From an uncultured Gammaproteobacteria bacterium (lineage in GTDB: Bacteria > Pseudomonadota > Gammaproteobacteria > Magnimaribacterales > D2472): a DNA stretch of 64,000 nucleotides. Location of the stretch: assembly GCA_964523375.1 (NCBI GenBank), contig CAZFYG010000005.1:9372-73371 (forward strand). Direction: 5' to 3'. Every line of letters begins with the position of its first letter. Within the stretch, counting starts at the first letter, position 1. Shown in pieces: positions 58,231 through 64,000 of this stretch. Both the position numbers and the translations under genes were made by a program. Under the pieces are notes generated by a model. It was not told the origin of the DNA, ran no database searches, and saw only the letters and a list, made by a program, of their open reading frames with translations.

Positions 58231-59096
58231 ATTTTACTTACTAAAACTTGCTGCCCATCTTCCACAAACCCCTGGCCCTGAACAATTAAGTCAGCATTTT
58301 CTGGTATTCCCATTACCCATATACCCTCTTCAGAGTCTTCAAGAATTCTAACTTCTTTAAATTTAACTATATCGATATTCTCAATCACTTTAATACCAAG
58401 AAGCCCCTTATCATTCAACATAAGAATTGATGGAGAGATTCTATGAGCCATTATTTTCGAAGTCCTTATTATCATTTCTGAAGTAATACCATCTCGTATT
58501 TGACCATTTATATTATTAACTTCAGCTTCAACTTTAAATGTTCTTGTCTGACTTGATGCGCTCTTAGAAACAAAGCTTAAGCTACCATCAATTCTTTCAC
58601 CTGTAATTAAATTTAAATTAACAGTCTGACCTACTTTTACTTTATTGATATCCGACTCTGGCACCTCTGCAACAAATGTTATGGGATCTAGCTGAATTAT
58701 AGTTGCACATACCTGACCTCTCTCTAAGAAATTTCCTGGCTTAACAATCTTCTCAAGATAGCCTGAGAAGGGCGCTTTGACCTCTGTTCTATTGAGTTCA
58801 ACAATACCAAGGCTGCATAGAACAGAATCCCCTTCAACAAAATTACCTTGCCTTGCTCCAATGCTTACAACCTCTCCAGATGTTTTAGCTCTTACATCAA
58901 CTCTTGTTTCTGAAATCGTAGTCGATTTAAGTTTAATTAATGGTTGATAGGGAATAGCAACACTCTTCATTGTTGCTACAGTAAACAGCTCTTTTTTTAT
59001 AACCTCTTTTTCAACCACTTCTTCGAATCTTCCAGAAATTAAAGCAAGCGCAGCAATAATAAAAATTGCTAGTGATATTCTTATGTTTTTATTCAT
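58227..59096 (-). CDS. RND efflux periplasmic adaptor (membrane fusion protein)
   Basis: 289 aa with a signal anchor and lipoyl/beta-barrel-type segments. ATGA overlap with the RND pump gene. Confidence 0.8.
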   Translation of the reverse strand: MNKNIRISLAIFIIAALALISGRFEEVVEKEVIKKELFTVATMKSVAIPYQPLIKLKSTTISETRVDVRAKTSGEVVSIGARQGNFVEGDSVLCSLGIVELNRTEVKAPFSGYLEKIVKPGNFLERGQVCATIIQLDPITFVAEVPESDINKVKVGQTVNLNLITGERIDGSLSFVSKSASSQTRTFKVEAEVNNINGQIRDGITSEMIIRTSKIMAHRISPSILMLNDKGLLGIKVIENIDIVKFKEVRILEDSEEGIWVMGIPENADLIVQGQGFVEDGQQVLVSKI

Positions 59097-59099
59097 ACT

Positions 59100-59747
59100 T
59101 TATATATTGTGTTTTTTTCTTAGCTGTTCAAGTAATTTTTGATCTAAAGGCTTTAAATCAGACTTTTTAGATTCTTCAGACGGCAATACAAATTTTTCAC
59201 CCTTGATAGCAAGATCTTTCATCTTTATATATGTCCTTGAAAACGCACTAAATAATTCTTTAGAGTCCCTCTCATCTAAGAGGTTCCAACCTATTTTTTT
59301 TCCAGAGAAATAAACTACCGGATGTGACCAGTTATAAGATGCCCTAGGAGAAAATGATTTTCTTGCTTCTATATAAGCTTCTTCAACAGATGGAAACCCA
59401 TCTAAGCTCAAAATATCATTACATGCTCTGATAACATCAGTTAATGTAGGAAGATATGGCTGGTTATCAACAACAGTTTCTGCTGAACTTAATATTGTAG
59501 TAGCATCAAATTTTTTTAAGCTAGATGCCCATAGCTTTTTACCCTCATTCAGCCTTTGGTCTGTTCCAAAAACCTTATAGAATTGATAATGGTAAGCAAG
59601 CTCAAGTTTTAAGAATAAGGAATCTATTGCATCTACAAATTCATTCTTACTCAAAGTTGATCTCTTCTGCCCAGGATTTATCTTTTTTTCTTTCGTCGAA
59701 GCCCTGTTTGAAGGTTCCAGGTTCAGAATGGTTTTTACTTTTTTCAT
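59100..59747 (-). CDS. Lambda replication protein P-like protein (putative helicase-loader-like)
   Basis: Collinear resemblance to lambda P as recalled: W..S/F...TT; PYLPTLTDVIRAC vs PFLPSPGQFVAWC; GFPSVEEAYIEARK vs GLPNVSELVDMVYEY; YNWSHPVVYF vs YPWKSNAHYW. An alternative TTG start at 59654 would reduce the overlap with the upstream gene to 8 nt. Confidence 0.55.
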   Translation of the reverse strand: MKKVKTILNLEPSNRASTKEKKINPGQKRSTLSKNEFVDAIDSLFLKLELAYHYQFYKVFGTDQRLNEGKKLWASSLKKFDATTILSSAETVVDNQPYLPTLTDVIRACNDILSLDGFPSVEEAYIEARKSFSPRASYNWSHPVVYFSGKKIGWNLLDERDSKELFSAFSRTYIKMKDLAIKGEKFVLPSEESKKSDLKPLDQKLLEQLRKKHNI

Positions 59748-60438
59748 TTTGATTTTTATTACTTACAAGATGCCTTCTTTTAACGTGATCAATAAATTTT
59801 GAGTTCCAAGTATTGAAAGCACTGCCGTTATCAGTCCAGTATAGTATAAATTCGGCTAAATAAGGCGACGCATCTTCTTCAGTAATATTTGATAATGATA
59901 GTATTTGATATACATCATCACTTGGCACCCAGCTCTTGCTTATAGGAAAGGGCAATCCTTTATTTGAATTATTTTCTTTGGCCCATTCGCGTCTTATATA
60001 GTCAATAAATGTACTATTCCAATTATTTCTTTGCTGACCTCTTTCCATCCAATAAATCCTAAACTCTGGTATTTTTTTAGAAATAAAGCTTTCCTCTATC
60101 GAGCCCATCTCAAGAACATCCATAGCCTCACTAGAAGGAAGCCAGCCATTGCCCATATCCTGCTTTTCGAATGGTTTAGCTCGTGGAAGTCTAAGATTTG
60201 ACCTGCTATCTTCCTGTTGGTATTTTTTTATAAGATTGAACCTTAGCAACTCATCAAGACTTTTTTTAATATCCTCTTTTTTAATAAAGGTAAGCTCATT
60301 CGAAAGTCTTTCTATTAAAACATCTTTAGATCTAATTTTTTTAAATATATCCTGATTGCATTTATCGAGAATAATTGCACTTTCTATATTTAGAGTTTCT
60401 GCAACTTCTTTGGAAAATGAAATCTTATCATCTGCCAT
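59647..60438 (-). CDS. Protein with a lambda-O-like winged-helix N-terminus and two tandem DnaT-type domains
   Basis: The N-terminal LSNELTFIKKEDIKKSLDELLRFNLIKK resembles lambda O LSEITKLPVKRCNEAKLELVRMNIIKQ. Two repeats follow, W-x-P-S...EF-x-x-YW...G...N-x-WNS-x-FID, which match the E. coli DnaT C-terminal pattern (W.P...EL.SFIAYWQAEG...W). Confidence 0.55.
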   Translation of the reverse strand: MADDKISFSKEVAETLNIESAIILDKCNQDIFKKIRSKDVLIERLSNELTFIKKEDIKKSLDELLRFNLIKKYQQEDSRSNLRLPRAKPFEKQDMGNGWLPSSEAMDVLEMGSIEESFISKKIPEFRIYWMERGQQRNNWNSTFIDYIRREWAKENNSNKGLPFPISKSWVPSDDVYQILSLSNITEEDASPYLAEFILYWTDNGSAFNTWNSKFIDHVKRRHLVSNKNQNEKSKNHSEPGTFKQGFDERKKDKSWAEEINFE

Positions 60439-60443
60439 TTTAA

Positions 60444-61493
60444 TTATGAATCTCTTCGTTGCTGAACTGCTTTATCAAGAGTATTAAAACATACCGAAGT
60501 ATCTTCAAGGTTAATGCACGCATCAGTAATGCTTTGCCCATATTTTAAATTAGAAGATATTTTCTGATTACCTTCGTGTATGTGACTTTCTATCATAACG
60601 CCTTTAAGGTTGTGGTCTCCAAGGGTAATTTGCTTGCCTATATCCTCTATTACATTAATTTGTTGCTTAAACTTTTTTTGGCTGTTTCCATGACTAGCAT
60701 CCACCATGATAGATTCATTAACTTCAGCTTCTTTGAGAGCAGTAAGAGTTTCTTTGATTGAATGGTTGTCATAATTAGGCTCTTTCCCACCTCTTAATAT
60801 AATGTGGGCATCATTATTGCCAGCAGTTTTCAACATTGCTATCTCTGCTTCTTTTGTAGCACCGAGAAAAACATGAGAGTGATTTGCAGCTTGGATTCCA
60901 TCAATTGCTGCTTTTAAACTTCCGTTAGTGCCATTTTTTATGCCAATTGGACAAGAAAGGCCTGATGCTAGCTCTCTATGAATTTGGCTTTCTGCAGTTC
61001 GAGCACCTATTGCACCCCATGATATCAAGTCAGTTACATATTGAGGTGAGATAGGGTCAAGAAACTCTGTACCTACTGGCATATTCAGCTCCGCTATATC
61101 AATAAGCAATTTCCTAGCCTTTTCAATGCCCTTTGCAATTTTATAGCTACCATCTAAATCAGGATCGTTGATCAAACCTTTCCATCCGACAGTCGTCCTG
61201 GGCTTCTCAAAATAAACCCTCATAACTAGCAAAAGAGTATCTTTATATTTTAAGCTTTCTTCTTTAAGCCATTTTGCATACTCTAGGGCACTATCAGTAT
61301 CATGAATTGAACAAGGTCCTGTCACAACCAAAAGCCTATCATCTGCGTTATGGAGAATTTGGCTAATTTCATTTCTTGTTCCATAAACCAATCTTGAAAT
61401 TTCATCGTTAAGGGGGTATTTGTTAACTAATTCATAAGGGGCAGGAACCTTTTGTCTATCAATTATTCTTGTGTTGTCGGTGAGGTAATTCAT
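60444..61493 (-). CDS. Class I 3-deoxy-7-phosphoheptulonate (DAHP) synthase (AroF/G/H type)
   Basis: Motifs are GPCSIHD, KPRTTVGWKGLINDPDLDGS and IGARTAESQ. Confidence 0.93.
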   Translation of the reverse strand: MNYLTDNTRIIDRQKVPAPYELVNKYPLNDEISRLVYGTRNEISQILHNADDRLLVVTGPCSIHDTDSALEYAKWLKEESLKYKDTLLLVMRVYFEKPRTTVGWKGLINDPDLDGSYKIAKGIEKARKLLIDIAELNMPVGTEFLDPISPQYVTDLISWGAIGARTAESQIHRELASGLSCPIGIKNGTNGSLKAAIDGIQAANHSHVFLGATKEAEIAMLKTAGNNDAHIILRGGKEPNYDNHSIKETLTALKEAEVNESIMVDASHGNSQKKFKQQINVIEDIGKQITLGDHNLKGVMIESHIHEGNQKISSNLKYGQSITDACINLEDTSVCFNTLDKAVQQRRDS

Positions 61494-61674
61494 GGCTTAT
61501 CAATTTATTGTTTAATCCACCATATTAAATCAATGCTCAAAAATTAATATAAAAAGTAGTAAAAAATAAACTATTTTTTATTTATAAATATTTCCAATAT
61601 TTCTAGCCAAATTAATGCTTTTTTTTATAAATACTATATGTTGTATTAAATATGTCTAAACCTTACACTATGTA

Positions 61675-62484
61675 GTGTTTACTATGATAAATGTCACACA
61701 AAAACAGTTAGAATTTCCGATGGTAATGGGTCAGCCATATGAGACCCTCCCTGATGATTTATTCATACCACCAAATGCACTTGAGCTTTGTCTGGAATCT
61801 TTTTCTGGGCCAATGGATCTTTTGCTTTATCTTATTAAAAAAGAAAATATCAATATACTCGAGCTTGATGTCTCGGAAATAACACAACAATATGTTCAGT
61901 ACATTGAGTTAATGGATATCCTTAAGTTTGAATTAGCAGCAGAATATCTTGTTATGGCAGCAACTTTGGCTGAGATTAAATCTAGAATGATGTTGCCCAA
62001 AGAGCAGTTCGATGAAGAAGAGGAAGATCCAAAGCTTGCTTTGATTAAAAGACTTCAAGAATATCAAAGATATAAAACAGCCTCAGAAAATCTTGCAAAC
62101 CTTCCAAGGGTTGATAGAGATTTTTTTGTTGCTTCTACTGCACTGCCAAAATTTGAAGTAGTCACACCTGATATTAACGTTACTGCTGAAGACTTAAGAG
62201 ATATTCTTCATGAGGTGCTCAGCAGGCCTGATCTCAAATCAAATCATCAGATAGATTTTGAAGAGCTTTCTACTCAAGAAAGAATCCAGATTATTTTAAG
62301 TATCTTAGCAAAAAGAAATATAATAAGTTTTTCAAAAACACTTCGAAAATCAGAAGGAAGACAGGGCGTGGTAGTCACTCTTCTTGCATCATTAGAATTA
62401 GCAAAAGATGGTCATTTAGAGCTTATTCAAAATGAATCAAATGAAATCTTTTTAAAATCTAAAGGGAGAATAGGAAATGAGTAA
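61675..62484 (+). CDS. scpA: Segregation and condensation protein A
   Basis: FSGPMDLLLYLIKKENINILELDVSEITQQY motif. The start is either GTG 61675 or ATG 61684. Confidence 0.88.
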   Translation: MFTMINVTQKQLEFPMVMGQPYETLPDDLFIPPNALELCLESFSGPMDLLLYLIKKENINILELDVSEITQQYVQYIELMDILKFELAAEYLVMAATLAEIKSRMMLPKEQFDEEEEDPKLALIKRLQEYQRYKTASENLANLPRVDRDFFVASTALPKFEVVTPDINVTAEDLRDILHEVLSRPDLKSNHQIDFEELSTQERIQIILSILAKRNIISFSKTLRKSEGRQGVVVTLLASLELAKDGHLELIQNESNEIFLKSKGRIGNE

Positions 62485-63037
62485 TAAAGTTTCAACAAAT
62501 ACAATCGAAGCATTACTATTTGGGGCAGGGCGTCCTTTAAGGTTATCTGAAATTAGATCTCTTTTAGAGAATAACGGCATAACAGAAGACTTGGCATCAA
62601 TTAAGCAATCTATTAATGAAATAGAAGTTAGATATGAAGGTACCTCTCTCGAAATTAAAGATGTAGCATCGGGCTATAGACTTCAAATTAAGCAAGATTT
62701 CTCTGGCTGCCTTTCTCATTTATGGAACGAAAGTACACCTAGAATTTCAAAGGCGCTGATGGAAACCATATCAATAATTGCATATAAGCAACCTGTAACA
62801 AGGGGTGACATAGAAGATATTAGAGGCGTTCATGTGGGCACCTCAAGCATTCGTTCTTTGCTTGAAAGAGAATGGATAAAAGTTTCAGGATTTAGAGATG
62901 TTCCAGGAAGACCTGCTTTATACGTGACCACAAAGCAATTTCTAGATGACTTTGATGTAAAAAATATCTCATCATTGCCTTTATTGCCTGAAATCGTTGA
63001 GCAAGACTCGGAAGCCTTTCTTTCTGAAGTAATTTAG
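62477..63037 (+). CDS. scpB: Segregation and condensation protein B
   Basis: Motifs are IEALLFGAGRPL, LETISIIAYKQPVTRGDIEDIRGV and GRPALYVTTKQFLD. Confidence 0.9.
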   Translation: MSNKVSTNTIEALLFGAGRPLRLSEIRSLLENNGITEDLASIKQSINEIEVRYEGTSLEIKDVASGYRLQIKQDFSGCLSHLWNESTPRISKALMETISIIAYKQPVTRGDIEDIRGVHVGTSSIRSLLEREWIKVSGFRDVPGRPALYVTTKQFLDDFDVKNISSLPLLPEIVEQDSEAFLSEVI

Positions 63038-63044
63038 CGCTCTC

Positions 63045-63776
63045 ATGACAGAAAGACTTCAAAAGTTTTTAGCTAAATCTGGAATTGGTTCTAGGCGTTA
63101 CTGTGAAAATTTAATTAAGCAAGGCTTAGTAAAAGTAAATGGTAAAGTTGCTCAGGTTGGCTGCACTGTTTCATCAAAAGACGAGGTTGAGTATAAAGAA
63201 GAAATTATTCAAAATGCGGATGAAGAGCTCAAGGTTGTTATCCTTAATAAGCCCGAGGGCGTCTTATCATCAAATGCTAGAGAAAAAAAACTACCCATTG
63301 TCTTTGACTACTTGCCAGATGATGGGAATCAAAGGAACTGGATATCTATAGGTAGATTAGATATTAATACATCTGGACTAATGCTATTTACTAATGATGG
63401 CGGGTTTGCAAATAAATGCATGCACCCTTCTTATAAGGTTGATAAAGAATATCTAGTGAGAGCTAGAGGAGAATTCAATCAAGATATTAGATCGCGAATG
63501 CTAAAAGGAATTGAAATTGAGGGAAGCCTCCATAAGTTTACCGATATTGTTGAGGGAGAAAAAAAAGGAACAAACCAATGGTTCTCTGTATGTCTAATAA
63601 GTGGTAAAAATAGAGAAGTAAGAAAAATATTTAATCATTTTGATATGGACGTTAGTAGATTAAAAAGAACTAGATTTGGACCAATATTTCTTCCATCAAC
63701 CCTGTCAAAAGGAAAATCTAAGTTACTATCGCAGCCTGAGATTGAAGAGTTATCCAAGTATGGCTTTAAAAAGTAA
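63045..63776 (+). CDS. rluB: 23S rRNA pseudouridine synthase RluB
   Basis: S4 domain (RLQKFLAKSGIGSRR), catalytic GRLDINTSGLMLFTNDG, and the scpAB-rluB order. Confidence 0.88.
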   Translation: MTERLQKFLAKSGIGSRRYCENLIKQGLVKVNGKVAQVGCTVSSKDEVEYKEEIIQNADEELKVVILNKPEGVLSSNAREKKLPIVFDYLPDDGNQRNWISIGRLDINTSGLMLFTNDGGFANKCMHPSYKVDKEYLVRARGEFNQDIRSRMLKGIEIEGSLHKFTDIVEGEKKGTNQWFSVCLISGKNREVRKIFNHFDMDVSRLKRTRFGPIFLPSTLSKGKSKLLSQPEIEELSKYGFKK

Positions 63777-64000
63777 GCTTGTTCATAAAAAATTTATTGA
63801 TGTAGCTTTAAAAAATAATCACTTAGAGTTTTTAAAATTACTAGATTTACTAGACCCTATTAAATTAAGTGATAGATCTAATCATGACCTGCCCTTAAAA
63901 CTATTTATTATAAAAACTATAATAGGGCAACAGGTCTCTGTGAAAGCTGCAGATGCGGTTTGGAATAAAGTTAAACCAGTTGTAGCTGGCGATAGTCTAA
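63760..64000 (+). CDS. HhH-GPD DNA glycosylase (AlkA/3-methyladenine glycosylase II-like), 5' fragment running off the window
   Basis: ATG at 63760 overlaps the rluB 3' end by 17 nt and the frame stays open to the window end. It encodes IIGQQVSVKAADAVW, which is typical of AlkA-like proteins. Confidence 0.5.
   Translation, partial: MALKSKLVHKKFIDVALKNNHLEFLKLLDLLDPIKLSDRSNHDLPLKLFIIKTIIGQQVSVKAADAVWNKVKPVVAGDSL

Noticed and set aside
59100-60438. Interpretation of the lambda O/P-like pair as a prophage remnant or genomic island
   Set aside because: The window shows no integrase, repressor, lysis or structural genes, no flanking direct repeats and no tRNA at the borders. The genes are packed at 3-5 nt spacing within housekeeping genes on the same strand. 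This remains the main alternative and needs comparative genomics to settle.
61494-61674. The largest intergenic region (181 bp, very AT-rich) as a possible ncRNA, riboswitch or attenuator for the DAHP synthase gene
   Set aside because: No conserved riboswitch core, leader peptide rich in aromatic codons or stable terminator/antiterminator pairing could be discerned. Only short AT palindromes are present (TTTAAT-N7-ATTAAA, ACACTA-TG-TAGTGT), and these are expected by chance at this base composition.

Overview
This is a visibly AT-rich, very gene-dense bacterial chromosomal segment (about 62 protein genes and 1 tRNA), and many adjacent genes overlap by 1-40 nt. Gene content and local synteny (miaA/hflKC/purA, glyA-nrdR-ribD-rib-nusB, xseB-ispA-dxs, aroK-aroB/gltBD/hemE, scpAB-rluB, slmA, lpxL/waaA) indicate a streamlined Gammaproteobacterium, possibly a marine SAR86-like lineage, though that assignment is a guess. 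No rRNA genes, CRISPR arrays, transposases, integrases or prophage structural genes were seen. Most of the window is housekeeping metabolism and envelope biogenesis. The items most worth follow-up are listed here.

1. 59100-60438: a gene pair packed into a housekeeping gene array. One protein has a lambda-O-like N-terminus plus two tandem DnaT-type domains, and the other resembles lambda replication protein P. It may be a domesticated helicase-loading module.
2. 12008-15351: an uncharacterised operon encoding an AurF-like diiron oxygenase, a secreted parallel beta-helix protein and a secreted dihaem cytochrome c. It lies directly downstream of a CobS/CobT (AAA+/vWA) pair with no cobN in the window.
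3. 20186-26363: gltB appears inverted in place inside the otherwise conserved aroK-aroB-gltB-gltD-hemE block. This leaves gltB and gltD head to head, and GltD carries an N-terminal extension of about 85 aa that resembles an integrase arm-type domain.
4. 33403-37008: a glycosyltransferase, methyltransferase, alpha/alpha-toroid protein and second methyltransferase cluster next to lpxL/waaA.
5. Several annotation anomalies: miaA has no canonical start codon upstream of its conserved N-terminal strand, the rib cluster carries a RibBX-type degenerate GTP cyclohydrolase II domain, and a type II pantothenate kinase is coupled to an M1 aminopeptidase.

All homology statements rest on motif and pattern recognition by eye. 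No database search or HMM scan was run.
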